Of a DNA stretch of 64,000 nucleotides, positions 1 to 15,000 are shown one piece after another; position 1 is the stretch's first letter, and each line of letters opens with the position of its first letter. The DNA is from Candidatus Oxydemutatoraceae bacterium (lineage in GTDB: Bacteria; Pseudomonadota; Gammaproteobacteria; Poriferisulfidales; Oxydemutatoraceae). The translations under genes were made by a program, and so were the position numbers. A model generated the notes under the pieces. That model ran no database searches. It was not told the DNA's origin and saw only the letters and a list, made by a program, of their open reading frames with translations. The DNA lies in NCBI GenBank assembly GCA_965220085.1, contig CBDCOZ010000003.1, positions 1,472,001 to 1,536,000 on the forward strand. The letters are read 5' to 3'.

Positions 1-3000
1 TCCGAACAGCCCTTGGTTGGGCATATCGCGTTCAATATACAGGCCGGAAATCATATGGCCGTTGCCGTTGAATGTCGTCGTGAAGTTTGTCGTGGAATCG
101 CCTATCGGGGTCCAGCCTTCGCCTTCCGTAAAGGCTTTGTTGACAGTACCGGCGTCATAACTCGCCGCGTCGTTGAAGTCCAGATCGCGGGTTAATTCAT
201 AGCCCAGACAATGGGGGGCTCCCTGCTGCGCAGGGGCGGGGCAACCCATATTGTCGGCGGCAAAGCGAAATGCGGCGGCATACTTTGCCAGATCATCGGC
301 GGCGACCTCGCCGTCGCCGTTCGGATCAAAGCGCATCGCATCGAGTTGCTCCAGGTTGCGAATCTCGATCAGACCGTCGTCATCAATGTCATAATCTCCG
401 CCGACTGCGATCCTGGCGCTGCGCGCCGCCTCGCCGCCATTGACAACGGCGGCAACCGAGTAAGCGGCGAAGTCCGGCCCGGCGCGGACCAGGGCCGTCG
501 TCCCCTCCGCCCCCGGCGTGACGTTCGTGGCGCCGTTCTCCGCTTGTTCATAGATGGCATACGTGACGACCGGCGGCGCATCCCACGCGCTCGTATCAAC
601 CGCGCTCCAACTCAGCAATATCGGGTCGCCGGGCGTCAATGTCAATGTCGGAGTCTCGCGCAACTGATAGCCGAACTCGGTCCAATCTTGCGCTGTTCCG
701 TCGCCGTCGGTATCGCGTTGCAGCACGGGGTATTGGTCTGACCGGCCATAATTCCAATGATCGGCGGTACCGCCGTCGTTCCAGTCAAGGTAGATGCTAC
801 CGGTAGCCGTCGTCGGCATTTGTAACTCACTGCTTGTGTGACCGTTGCCGGTGGCATAGCCACTGCCGATCACGTTGGTCTTGCCCGAAGTTTCGGTATC
901 CCAATAGACAGCGATGAAGGCAGATCTGGGATTCACTCTGCCGGCGATACCGCCGCTCAGCGCCGCATCGGCAGCAATCAAAGCGGTGGCGTAGCTGTAT
1001 TTGAGTTGCAGCCGTCCGCCGTAGCCGACCAAACCGCCGGCGTGCCTTCTGTTACCGCCGCGGGTCGCATCGACATAGCCGGTCGCATAGACATGTTCCA
1101 CATTGCTATTGGGCAAACCGTGGTGTATCCCGCCGATCAAACCGCCGGTTTGCTCGTCGGCATAGGTGTTGCCGGTGGCATAGCTGACAGAAACCGTGCC
1201 TTGCTGGTTATAACCGACCAGAGAGCCGACCAGCTTTCTGCCTTCTGCCGCTACCGTCGAATAGCTGCCTTCCACTCTGCCGCTGCCAATTATGGCACCG
1301 ACCAGACCGCCGATTTGATCGGCTTCTTGGCCGCCGCGCACCCTGCCTGTCACACCGAGATTGGCGATTGTCGCGCCATCAATGATTCTGCCAAACAAGC
1401 CCTGATAATCCGCATTGCGCTCAATGTGCAGCCCATAGACGCTATAGCCGTTGCCGTCAAACATTGCCGAAAAAGCATCTTGACCGCCGCCTATCGGTTG
1501 CCAACCTCTGCCGCTCGTCCATGTCTCATTTTGAAAAGCATCAAAATCCAAATCACGCATCAGTTCGTAACCGCTACAGGTATTGGCGGGGCAGCCCATG
1601 CCGGCAACGGCGCTCGGAAAAGCGGCATCGTAGTCTAGCGGATTACTCGCGTTGCCATCGCCATCCACATCCCAGCGCACGGCGTTGAGTTGGAGCAGGT
1701 TTTCAATCTCAATCAAACCGTCGTCATCGCTGTCGTAATCTATTTCGGGCACTGTGACGCGGTTGCTGTGACTCGCTTCGCCGCCATTGATGACCGCCGC
1801 TACCCGATATGCCACCTGCCCTGTGACCGTATCGCTGTCGGTATAAGAGGTTCTTGTGCTGTCCGTCTCTATCAGCGTCGTGCCCTGCTCGCGGGTCGTG
1901 GTCTCCCCGGTCTGTTGATTGATCGCTATCGGGGTGCGATAAACCCTGTATGTCAGTGCGGGTGCGTCCGGCCAGAAACTCGTATCAGGCGCACTCCAAC
2001 TCAATATTCTGGATGTGCCGGTATCGGTGACATTCAATGCCGGCGCTTCGCGCAACTGGTAGCCGAATTCTTCCCAGCTCGCCGTACCGTCGTCGTTGAA
2101 ATCCACCTTCAGCGCCGGGTACTGGCTCGCCGTGCCGAAGTCCCAATAGTCAACCGGATTGTTATAGGTATCCATGGCCCAGTTGGCATAGATGCCGCTA
2201 TAGCCTGTCGGTGTTTGCAACTCGGAAGTCGTTCTGCCGCTCACACCGGTAAGCCTGCCCGTACTCACCGCACCCAGTCTGCCCGAAGTCAGAATATCCC
2301 AGTAGACATCAGAGGACGTAACGCCCGGGTTGGAATTACCGCCGATGCCGCCGCTTTGTAGCGCGTCAAGATCAAGCCAGGCGGTGGAGTAACTGTAGGT
2401 GATATATGCCTGCCCCAAATCACCGATGAGACCGCCGGCCCACCGCCTGTCTGCGACATTCCGTGCCAGACTCAGATAACCGGTCGCATAAGTGTGTATC
2501 ATCACCAAGTAGATGTTGCTTTCATCCACAACCGCGCCGACCAAACCACCGGCTACCGACTCGGCGCTGACATTACCGGTCGCATAGCTTCTTTCAAGGG
2601 TACCTTCGGTTACATAGCCGATTAGCGAACCGACATTATTAATGCCGGATACCGACACTGTCGAGTAGCTGTCCACAATTTCACCGCCTGTCAGCTTACC
2701 GACCAGCCCGCCGATATTATTTCTCATGTCTGCGGAGCCGGAGCCTGTATAGGCTATCGAGCCTGTTATGCCGAGGTTATAAATCTCACCGCCATAGCTG
2801 ATGACACCGAATAAGCCCTGATCGGGGGAACTGCGGTTGATATACAGGTTGCGAATTTCATAGCCGCGGCCGTCAAAGGTCGCCGTGAAGGGATCGCTAC
2901 TTTGGCCAAGCGGCTGCCAACCTGCGGCGATATCGGGGCCGATAGTCATCACATAGGTTGCCATACTGCCACCGGCATAGTCAGCCGGATCGTTAAAGTC

Positions 3001-6000
3001 CAAATCTCCTGTCAGTTCATAGCCGATACAACCGTCATTGTCCGCCGGACAACCCATATCGCGCGCGGGAGAGGGAAATGCCAATGTATACATATCTGTC
3101 GCCGTACTCGCGGCGATGCCATTGCCGTCCAAATCCCAGCGTATGGCATAGAGCTGGTTCAGGTTACGGATTTCAATCAGGCTGTTGTTATCCGCGTCGT
3201 AGTCAATCAACGGCACAACCGCGGTACTGCGGCTTGCCTCGCCGCCGTTAATCACAGTGGCCACCCGGTAGGTCTGTCGAGAAGCATCAAGCCGTGCGAG
3301 GTCTACATAGCTCGTTCCTATCAGGTCGGACGCTATCAACGTCGCTTGTGATGAATCTTCAATGCGGTACGCCTTATAGGTGACAACCGGCGCGGGCGAC
3401 CAGTGCGATATGTCGGGAGCGGGCCAAATCAGTTCTCTTCTTGTCTCAACACTGGTGACCGACAGAGTCGGCGCGGTACGCAACTGATAGCCGAACTCCT
3501 GCCAGCTCGCGGTGCTGTCGTTGTTGAAGTCAATCTTCAGCGCCGGGTACTGGCTCGTCGTGCCGAAGTCCCAATAGTCGGTCGCATTACCCGCGCCATC
3601 ATTCGCGTTCCAGTCGCCATAAATGCCGCTATAGTCTTCGGGGGCTTGCAGTTCGGCGGATGTTTGAGCGGTGATGCCGGCGGCAACGCCCGCGCCGATA
3701 GCGCTATCCTTGCCGGATATGCCGCGGTCCCAATACACCGCGTCGAATGCGGGGCTATCGCCGGCGGCAACCGTTCCAACCACGCCGCCGCTTTCGCCGC
3801 CGGCCGGGTCAATCCAGGCCCTGGCATAGCTGTAATTTATTTCCGCGCCGCCGGCGGAACCGATCAGACCGCCGCCCCACTTCGCATCGTCGCCAAACGG
3901 TGTCACATAACCGGTCGCGTAACTGTGCTCTATGACCGCCGTTGTCGTCGTCGGGGCGGCGCCGACCAAACCGCCGACGGCGGCATCGCCTGTCACCTCT
4001 CCCGTCGCATAGCTCGCGGTCACCGTGCCTTGATCAACATACCCGACGAGACCGCCGACATATTCATCGCCCGCCACCGCCGCCGATGACCAGACGCCTT
4101 CTATCGTACTGTCCGTACCCGATAACTCGCCCGCCAAGGCGCCGATGCGATCGCCGTCGTCGCCGCTCACGGAGCCGGTCAGGCCGATATTGCCGATGGC
4201 GGCGCCGGCGCCGACGACGCCGAACAGCCCCTGCTTGTCGCTGTTGCGGTTAATATATAAGTTATAGATTACATAGCCATTGCCGTCGAATGTCGTTGTG
4301 AATTCCGTCGTATCGTCGCCGAGCGGCAGCCAACCGTCGCCGCTTGTCCACGCCGCATCGATGTTGCCGGCCGCATAGGAAGACGCGTCGGTAAAATCCA
4401 GATTGCGGCTCAATTCGTAGCCGCTACAACCGCCGACCGTCGGGCAACCCATGCCGGATACCGCATCATAAAAGGCACTCGTATAATCGCTCTCATTATC
4501 CGCTGCGGGGCTGCCGTCGCCATCCAAATCCCAGCGCAGGGCATTGAGTTGTCGCAGGCTTTCAATCTCTATCAGACCGTCGTCGTCGCTGTCGTAATCG
4601 CGCCGCGCGGACACAAATACGCTGCGCGCCGCCTCGCCGCCGTTGACGACGGCGGCAAGCCGATAGGTATATTCGGCGGCGGCGACGGCGGCGGTATCGG
4701 CATACGTCGTAGCGGCGGTATTTGAGACGACTACCGTGTCGGTATCCGACGCCGCGTCGCTGCGATATATGGCATACGTGATAGTCGGCAAAGCGGATGA
4801 CGACCAGCGCGATGTGTCGGGCGCGTTCCATGTCAGCACTCTGGTCTCGGAGGCGCCGCGCACCGCCAAAGTCGGCGCTTGGCGCAGTTGGTAGCCGAAT
4901 TCCTGCCATGTCGCTTCGCCGTCGCCGTCAAAGTCCGCTTTCAATGCGGGATATTCGGCGGCGGCGCCGAAATCCCAGTAGTCGTTTTCGTCGGTGTCCC
5001 AGTCAGCGTAAATACCACTGTAATTTCTTGGCAAGCGCAAGGCGGCGGTATTCCTGCTGCTAATGCCGGCACTTGTTCCGGTACCTACGGCATCGCTTTT
5101 AGCCGAAGTCCCGCTGTCCCAATACACAGCGGTAAATGTGGCATTGGCATCCGCATTACGCCCGCCGATACCGCCGCTTTCCACTGCTGCGGGAGAAATC
5201 TGGGCGGTCGAATAACTGTATCTCAGCCGCAAGCTCCCGCTGTTACCCGACCGCTGGCTGGATAAATTACCGAACAGACCGCCGAACCATTGCTTGCTTT
5301 CATTCTCGGTTACATCCATATAGCCGGTGGCATATGTGTGTTCGATGACAATTTCCGAATTCGGGTTATCCCCTCCCTTGCCGACCAGACCGCCGCCGGT
5401 GAAAGCGGCGAAGACATTGCCTGTGGCATAACTTGTGCGAATGGTACCATCGTCAATAACCCCGACCAAAGAGCCGACACTGTCCGCTCTGATTGCCTCC
5501 AAAGAGACCGCCGAATAGTTGTTTTCAATCACACCGCCCGACATATCGCCGATCAGACCGCCATAGTTTTGTGTCTCCGCGGCGGCAGTGTCGCTTGCAG
5601 ATATTCTGCCGCTGACACCGATGTTTGAAACCGCCGCGCCGCTGCCGATCGCGCCGAACAGACCTTGTCCGTTCTCGTTGCGATCGATATGCAAGTTATA
5701 CACCGTGTAACCATTGCCGTTGAAGGTCGCTGTGAAGCGTTCGGCGGTTCCGCCGAGCGGCTCCCAACCGCTGCCGCTCGTCCACGCCGTGCTGACACTG
5801 CCGCTCGCATAGCTTGCCGAATCATTAAAGTCCAAATCGCCCATCAACTCGTAACCGGTGCAGGCATTGTTCACACAACCCATGCCGGGTGACGAACCGA
5901 CAAAAGCGATTCTGTAGTCCGGACGATCCGTGTCGGAAACGGCGCCATCGCCGTCCAAGTCCCAGCGCACCGCATAAAGCTGTTCCAGCGTACTGATCTC

Positions 6001-9000
6001 AATCAGCCCGTTATTATTGCGGTCGTAACTGCGCGGTGCGGATATAAACCTGCTACGGCTCGCCTCGCCGCCATTGACAACAGCCGCGACCCGATAGGTG
6101 TGTTCCGCATAAACGACCGCATTTGCATCGTCATAGCTTGTCGCTGTAGTCGGTTCCGCTACCAATAACTCATCGTCGCGATAGATGTTGTAAGCGATAG
6201 TCGGCGGATTATCAGGCCATGCCGATACATCCGGCGCGGTCCAAGTTAATGTTCTGGAATCACCGACCCCGTCTACCGCCAAATCACGCGGGCCTTCGCG
6301 CAACTGATAGCCGAACTCTTCCCAACTTGCCGTGCCGTCATTGTCAAAATCAATCTTCAGCGCGGGGTATTGATCGGCGGCGCCAAAATCCCAGTAATCG
6401 TTTTCATCCGGGTTCCATTCGGCGTAGATGCCGGCATAGGTCGTCGGCGCTTGCAACGCGGCGGTCGTCAATCCGGCGGCGCCGGCGACCGCCGGCGCCG
6501 AGCCGAGCGCGTTGCTTTGGCCCGAGATCTCGGTATCCCAGTAAACGGCGGCGAACAGGCCGCCCGCGCTGAGGTCGTTGCCGCCAATGCCGCCGTCGGC
6601 AATCGCGGCGGAATACGCATACCGCAGTTGTACGCGTCCTACATCGCCGATCAAGCCGCCGAGCGTACGCGCGGACGCGCCGGCGCGCGCGCTCACATAA
6701 CCCGTCGCATAAACATGCTCGGCAATGGCATTGCCGATGTCGTTCACTTTGCCAATCAAGCCGCCGGCTTCGCTGGCGGACACATTGCCGGTTGCGTAAC
6801 TCGTTTGCACCGTACCCTGTACCAGCCTGCCGAGCAGAGAACCGGCGGCCGTATTGCCCGCCACCGCGACCGTTGAATAGCTGTTCGCAATCATCGCGCT
6901 ACCAATCATCTGACTGACCAGTCCGCCTGTCAGGCTGTCGCTTGCACCCGCGCTGACCGCGCCGGTGACGCCGATATTCGTAATCACAGCGCCGGAACCA
7001 ATGATGCCGAACAGGCTTTGTCCGCTGTCGTCGCGATCGATATGCAAGTTATGGACCGTGCGACCATTGCCATTAAAGGTCGCCGTAAAACGTCCGCCGC
7101 CGGAGGCCAGCGGCGCCCAGCCCCCGCTCGTACTCCCTTCGCTCCAGTCGGCATTGACGGCGCCGCTCGCATAACTGGTCGCGAGACGAAAGTCCAGATC
7201 ATTGCTCAACTCATAGCCGGTGCAACCGCCGGAGCTATCGCTCGGGCAACCCATGCCGGGCGGCGCGCCGGGGAAAGCCGCGTCATAGAGTTGTGTGTTT
7301 TGCGATACGGCGCTGCCGTCGCCGTCAAGGTCGTAGCGTATTGCGTTGAGTTGCTCCAGTGTCGTGATTTCAATCAGACCGTCATTATTCTGATCATAAT
7401 CCTGCGTCGGTTCTGATGTCACCAAATCACTGCGCAGCGCTTCGGAACCATCGCTGCCAACCGCAACCTGATAGGTATATTCGGTATCGGGATCCGCCGT
7501 TGCATCGGTGTAAGTTAAATCTTCGGGCACCGATGCCAGATACGCATTATCGCGATAGATGGCGTATGTCAGTGTCGGCCCAAAGCGCAACCACGTGCTT
7601 ATATCGGGCGCGTCCCAGACCAGCACTCTGTGCCGGTTGCTGTTCGCACTCACCTTCAGGTCCGCCGACCATTCGCGCAATTGATAACCGAATCCTTCCC
7701 ATGTTACGGAGGTATCCGCATCGTTATCAAAATCAACTTTCAGTGCGGGGTACTGCTCGGAGGTGCCGAAGTCCCAATAGTCCGTAGTCGCATCGCCATT
7801 GCCATCGGGCTCGTTCCAGCTGGCGTATATCTCATCGTAATCCTCGGGTTCTTGCAGTTCGGCGGTCGGCAGGTTGGTGATGCCGTCCTCAACAGAGCCT
7901 TCGCCTACTCCGTCTCCCTTCTCGCTCTTGCCGGATGTCGACGCATCCCAATAGACATCCGTATATGCGGCATCTTCAGAGTCGTGATAACCGCCGACCC
8001 CGCCGCTGTTTGTCGCAGCCGGCGCAATCAGACCGGTTGCATAGCTGTAGCTGAGTTCCACATTCGCAAGAGCGCCGATCAAACCGCCGCCCCATTTCAT
8101 ATCGCCGGGTAGTGTCGGGCTCACAGATCCCGATGCGTATGTGTGCTCCACAATATTGGAAGCGCTCGCTACAATTTTGCCAATCAGACCGCCGGTCTCC
8201 GCACTCGCCAAGGTCCTGCCCTGAGCATAACTCGCGCGCACGGTCGCACCGCTGAGCTGACCGGCCAGCGAACCGACGGCGGCGCCGCCTCGCACCGACA
8301 CCAAGGAATAGCTCTCTGCCAGCGTCGCACCACCGGTCAATTCGGCAACCAGACCGCCGATCTTGTTCGCACCCGTCACCGAACCGGCTATGCCGACTGT
8401 AGAGATAGTCGCACCGCTGACCGATCCGAACAAGCCTTGACTGTCCGCATTACGGTTAATATACAGGCTGCTAATCAAGTTGCCATTGCCTTCAAATGTC
8501 GCCGTGAACGGATTATCGGCATCACCGATAGGTTCCCATCCCGCACCGCTTGTCCACTCCGGATTGATTCGTAAGCTATCGTAGCTGTTGCGATAATTAA
8601 ATCCCAAATTGCGAACCAATTCGTAACCCGTACAGTTGCCGTCAGGGCACCCCATATTATCAATAGCGCTGACGAATGCCAGTGTATATGAGGTCGCGTT
8701 ACCTTCGGTTGCAATACCATTGCCGTCCAAGTCCCAGCGCATCGCATTGAGCTGCTCCAGACTGTTGATTTCAATCAAGCCGTCGTCATCGCTGTCATAA
8801 TCATTTAACCTTGCTTCGACACTCCGCCACCCCGCCGTACCGCCGTTGACGACGACCGCCACCGTATACAGATAGCCGACAAGATTCTCACCCGCGTCGG
8901 TATCGGTATAACCCGTCCCTTCTATGCCCTCCGCTATCAACATCTCATCGCTGCTGCCATCCCGTACAATCCGATATATAGTGTAAGAAACGGGCGCCGT

Positions 9001-12000
9001 GCTCGGCCAGTAAGAGGTATCGGGTGCGGTCCAACTCAGAACTCTGGATTCGCCGTCAAATGTCGCGGACAAAGCGGGCGGTTGCTCGCGTAACTGATAG
9101 CCAAACTCCTGCCAAGTATCTTCCCCATCGCCGTTAGTATCAATTTTCAGCGCCGGATATTGCAAGGCGGTGCCAAAATCCCAACTGTCAATGCCGTCGG
9201 CATTCCAGTCCGCATAAATACCGTCGTAACCGGTCGGGGCTTGTAAGATTACAATGGAATGTGTGCGCGCTGCGACGTCGGTGCCGGCGGCAACCGGGCT
9301 AGATTCGTTGACGACTACTTCGCTCGCCGGATAAACATTATTGACGCTGAGATCGCTGTTAGCAATGGCGCGCCCGGCAAGAGTCCCCGACCTGCGAGTT
9401 GGGTGATACAAAATGCGGCCGGTATTATATGTGTAGGCGAGTCGCACCCGCCCGAGATTTCCGATAAAACCGCCGACACAAGGCACCGTAGATGACACGC
9501 ACGATGATATGGTATTGCCGCCGTGCGATGCATCTATGAATCCCGTTGAATAAGCATGCTTCACAGTTGTTATGACAGTATGGGCATCATCGTGCACACC
9601 GCCGATGAGACCGCCCGATAGGTTATGTGCCAGCACATTGCCCGATGCATAACTGCGTTGAACCGTACCGCCGTCGTGAAAGCCCAGCAGAGCGCCGACA
9701 TACTGATTGCCCGATACCGATACCGCCGACCAACCGCCTTCTATCGTGCCGGCGACCAACTTGCCGACCAGACCGCCGATATTAACACTGCTATCACCGC
9801 CGCTTACTTCCCCGGTCACGGAGGCATTGAATATCGCCGCGCTGTCAATAACGCCGAACAAGCCTTGGTCGGATGCCTCACGATTGATATACAGGTTGTA
9901 GATGGTATTACCGTTGCCATTGAATGTGCCCGTAAAGCGCGCCGTATCGCTTCCAATCGGCTCCCAACCCGCTTCGTCATCGTTGTCGTCGGGGTTGTTT
10001 ATCCAGCCGGTGGTTGCAGTCGTGCCACTCGCATAGCTCGCCGCGTCGGCAAAATCCAAATCACGCGTCAATTCATAGCCGGCGCAACCGGTGCTGGCGG
10101 GGCAACCCATGCCGGTAGCGGCACCGTCAAAAGCTTCCAGATAGCGATCCTCAAACTGCGTCGGTATGTCGGCGCCGTCGCCGTTCAAGTCCCAGCGCAT
10201 TGCATTCAACTGCTCCAAGGTGGTGATTTCAATCAGACCATCGTCATCGGCATCGTAATCCGTGCCGGCTACGGTAATGGTTTGACTTGCCTCGCCGCCG
10301 TTGATGACAGCCACAACCTGATAACGGAGAACACTGGAAAAAGGCCCGGGATCGGAAGCTCCGTAGGTATGGGCAGTCTGTTCCGTCTCCGTCAGAAGCC
10401 ATGCCGGAGCCGATGTATTACTGTCGGCGTACACTCTGTACGTGATCGCCGGAGGATGCGTCCAATGCGATAAGTCGGGCGCGCTCCAATCGATTATTAC
10501 GGTCTCATCATCGTCGCCGGGACGCACCGTTACGGAGCCCGGCCCGTCGCGCAACTGATAGCCGAACTCCTGCCATGTCGCTTCGCCGTCATTATTGAAA
10601 TCAACTTTCAGCGCGGGGTATTGACCGGTCGTGCCGAAGTCCCAGTAATCGCTGCCATCGTCATCCCAACTCAAATAGATACCGCTGTAGTCCGTCGGCG
10701 TCCGCAGCTCGGCAGTCGCATAGCCGGCTGTGCCGGCGGAAGAGCCCGTGCCGACCGCGAGCGGATAACCGGATAGTTCGCTGTCCCAATATACATCGGC
10801 GAACACGGCGCCGGTATCGGGGTTGACTCCGCCGATACTGCCGGTCTCATCCCGGTCGGGATAAAGCGAAACCCAAGAGTACCCGTATTTGAGTTGTACT
10901 TTGCCCAAAGAACCGATCAAGCCGCCCAGCTTTTCCGAATCGACCACCCCCGCTGCGTCGTCTACATGGCCCGTCGCATAAACATGTTCCACAGTACTGG
11001 TGTTAAGAGTCCGGTGCACTGCGCCGATCAAACCGCCCGCCTGTTCGCGCAGTCTCGCGCCGCCTGTCGCATAGCTCGCGCGCACGGTCCCGGTATCCAG
11101 CCTGCCAAGCAGAGAGCCGCCGATACCGCCGCCTTCCGCCATGACCGCCGAGTAACTCTGCTCGATCGTACCGCCGCTATTGACAGCAACCAAACCGCCG
11201 ATTTCGTTGCTGCTCAGTTCCCCGCTGACCCGACCGCTGACACCGAGATTACGCAATACCGCTCCGGAACCGATACCGCCGAACAGCCCTTGTTCATTGA
11301 CTATGCGGGAAATGTAAAGATTGTGAATCGCATAACCATTGCCATCAAACCTCGCACGGAATCTGGTGGAAACACTGCTGTCACTGCCAATCGGGTTCCA
11401 GCCACTGACACCCGTCGTCCCTTCTGTCCACAACGGGTTAACGCTGCCGCTTGCGTAGCTTCTGGGATCGGTGAAATCCAAATCACGCGTCAGTTCATAG
11501 CCGATGCATTCGGTGATAGGTTGGCCGCCGACGGTCGCGGGGTTGGCGGGAGTCGGACACCCCAGGGCATCGGCCGCATTATAGAAAGCCGCCGTGTAAT
11601 TTGCCTGATTGGCGCTGATAACGCTGCCGTTGCCGTCAAGGTCCCAGCGCATTGCGTTCAACTGCTCCAAAGCGCTGATCTCAATCAGGCCGTCGTCGTC
11701 GCTATCGTAATCTATCGTCGTCGCGTCCGAGACGAGGACGACGCGGCTCGCCTCGCCGCCGTTAACGACGGCCGCCACGCGATAGGTATGCGCGGCGCCG
11801 GCGGTCAGACCCGTATCCTCGTATGTTTGCGCCGTGATATTTTTCGCCAGCGCCTCGTCGTCGCGGTATACGCTGTAGGCGATCGCCAAGTTCGGCGCAT
11901 CGGACGGCCAATGGGACAAGTCGGGCGGGGCCCAACGCAATGTTCTCGATGTGCCGCCGCCATGTGCTATCAGCCGCGGCCCTTCGCGCATCTGATAACC

Positions 12001-15000
12001 GAATTCCTGCCAGGTTGCGGCGCCGTCATTGTTGAAGTCGACCTTCAGCGCCGGATACTCATCGGCTCTGCCGAAATCCCAGTAGTCGGTCGCATTGCCC
12101 GCAGAATCAACCGCATTCCAGTCGGCATATATGCCGACGTAACCCTGATGCCCTTGCAATTCGGCGGTCGTCTTGGCGGTCACATCGCCGGTATCTTCGG
12201 CGCCGTCGACGATGCCAAACCCCGCGCTGACGTCGGATGTATCGCTGTCCCAATAGACTGCGTCAAACGCGGTCACTTGATTGCTGTTCCGTCCGGCTAT
12301 GCCGCCGCGATTCGCGGCATCGGCGGCAATCTGCGCGGTCGCGTAGGCATATCTGACGGTTGACCTGCCTATCCAGCCGAACAGACCGCCCGACCTCCCA
12401 TCGCCATCGGCGCCGATGTAACCGGTCGCATAGACATGCTCCACAACGGCGCCATCCTGAAGCGCGCCGGTTATGCCCGCGGGTTCATGGGCGGCCGATG
12501 CGTCGCCGGTCGTGTAACTGCGGCGCACCGCGCCGCCGCCGGTAATCCACCCCGCCAACGGCGAGGCGCGGAGATTCCCCCCCGTTACCGCTGCCGCCGA
12601 ATAGACCTCTTCTATCGTCGTGCCCACGGTCTTGCCGACCACACCGCCAGTGTCCATCATACCGTTGCCGCCCGCCGTCACCGAACCGGTCACGCCAAGA
12701 TTGGAAATCGTCGTCGCGCCGGTCTCTCCGAACAGACCTTGCTGATTGGCATTGCGCTCAATAAACAGGTTATAAATCGTATGACCGTTGCCGTTGAATC
12801 TTGCCACAAAGCGAGCCGCGCTGCTGCCTATCGGCGTCCAGCCTGCGCCGCCTTCACCCGCACTCCAACCTTCGTCAACATCTCCCGTATAGCTTGCGGC
12901 ATCATTAAAGTCCAAGTCGGCTGTCAATTCGTAACCATTACAACCGATGCCTGTCGGGCAGCCGCGACCGAAAGCCGCATCAGGGAAAGCCTCACTATAG
13001 TCATCGTCTCTGTCGGAACTGTCGGCAATGGCATTGCCGTCTAAATCCCAGCGTATCGCATAGAGTTGATTCAGATTGCTGATTTCAATCAGCCTGTCGT
13101 TATCGCTGTCATAATCCACCGAGCGTGACACAGCAACGCTGCGGCTCGCTTCGCCGCCGTTGACAATAGCGGCAACATAGTAAGTGTAATCAATACCGGT
13201 GGCGGCATTCTCATCGGCATAGGCTGTCATTCCCTGATCCAGTTTAACGATTTCTGTCGGGGTGCTGGCGCTGCCCTCGGCCCGGTAGACAGCGTAAGTA
13301 ACAACCGGTTCAATCCCCCAATACAATGTGTAGGGAGCCTGCCAGCTCAACCGCCTTCTGGCATCGGTACCTGTCACTGACAGACCAATCGGGCCTTCGC
13401 GCAACTGATAGCCGAACTCCTGCCATGTCGCTTCGCCGTCATTGTTAAAATCAACTTTTAATGCGGGGTACTGGCTGGCAGTGCCAAAATCCCAGTAATC
13501 GGTGCCATCCAAATTCCAATTTGCATAGATACCCGCATAGCCGGTCGGGGATTGCAATTCGGCGGTTGTTTTCCCCGCGGCGCCAAAATCATCCTGCGGC
13601 ATATCTCGCGTCGCAACCCTATTTGATCGGTTTGACGTCTCAATATCCCAGTAGGCATCGGAACTCCCGGATCGAACGCCAAGCGAACCATGCAACCCGC
13701 CGCCGTATTCCGGAGCGCCGAGAGGGAGCAAAGCGGCAGCGTAGGCATATCTGACCTGTGCGGAACCCGTATAACCTACCAGACCTCCGCCTTGTGATAC
13801 GCGACCCGTCGCATAGCTGTGCGTAATAAAGCTCGGGTTTGTTATATTATCGGAAACCCGTCCGACCAAACCTCCGACCGTAGTGGTTCTTTCATATAGA
13901 GCGCGCACAGAACCCGTCGCATAACTGGTTTGGACCGTGGCTTGATCCAACTGGCCGAGTAGAGAAGCAACACTTGAGCCGGCCGTCGCCGATACCGCCG
14001 AATAACTCCGCTCTATCGTCGCGCCTTCCATCGCAAGACCCGCCAAACCGCCAATTCGGTTATCGGTCGCGGGAGCGGTAATCTCGCCGGTCACGCCGAC
14101 ATTGGCAATCGCAGCACTGCCGGTTAATCTGCCGAACAAGCCTGATCTGGACATTCTGCGGTCGATGCGCAGGTTATAAATCGTATGACCGTTGCCGTTA
14201 AATACCGTTGCAAACTCGGTGCGACTTCTTTCGTCTCCAATCGGCAACCAACCTTCGCCCGTCGTCCATTCCGTCATTTTGGCACTACCGGCGGCATAGC
14301 TATCGGCCGCATTGAAATCCAGATCGTTCAGCAACTCATAACCGATACAGACATCGGCAAAGCACCCCATATTGGCCGGGGCATCGGGAAAAGCCGCTGT
14401 GTAATCCGAAGCGTTTTCCGTTGCCGGTATGCCATCGCCATCCAGGTCCCACCTCAGTGCGTTCAACTGATCCAGATTTGAAACTTCAATCAAGCCGTTT
14501 TCATTACTGTCGTAATCAACCCCGGAGGATACGAAAGTACTACGGCTTGCTTCACCGCCATTGATAACGGCCGCAACATGGTATACATAGTCATCGTTGA
14601 TAGACACAGACGTGTCGGTATAGATCGTTGTTGTCAGATTGCTTTGCCCCGACATGAGACTGCCGTCACGATACACTCTGTACGCCACCGTCGGCGGCAG
14701 CGGCAGCCAATGTGACACATCGGGCGTACTCCAACTCAGTTGCCTGCTCGTACTGCCGCGACTCACTGCCATGTCTTGTGGCCCCCTGCGCAGTTGATAA
14801 CCGAACTCTTCCCAACCCACTCTGTCGTTGTTATTGAAATCAATTTGCAATACCGGATATTGGTCAAAATCTCCGAAGTCCCAATAATCGGTCACATTGC
14901 CGCTGGCGTCCGCCGCATCCCAGTCATCATAAATTCCGCTATAACCGACCGGCAATTGCAATTCGCTTGTCATATTGCCGATAGCACCGCCGGAACCGCC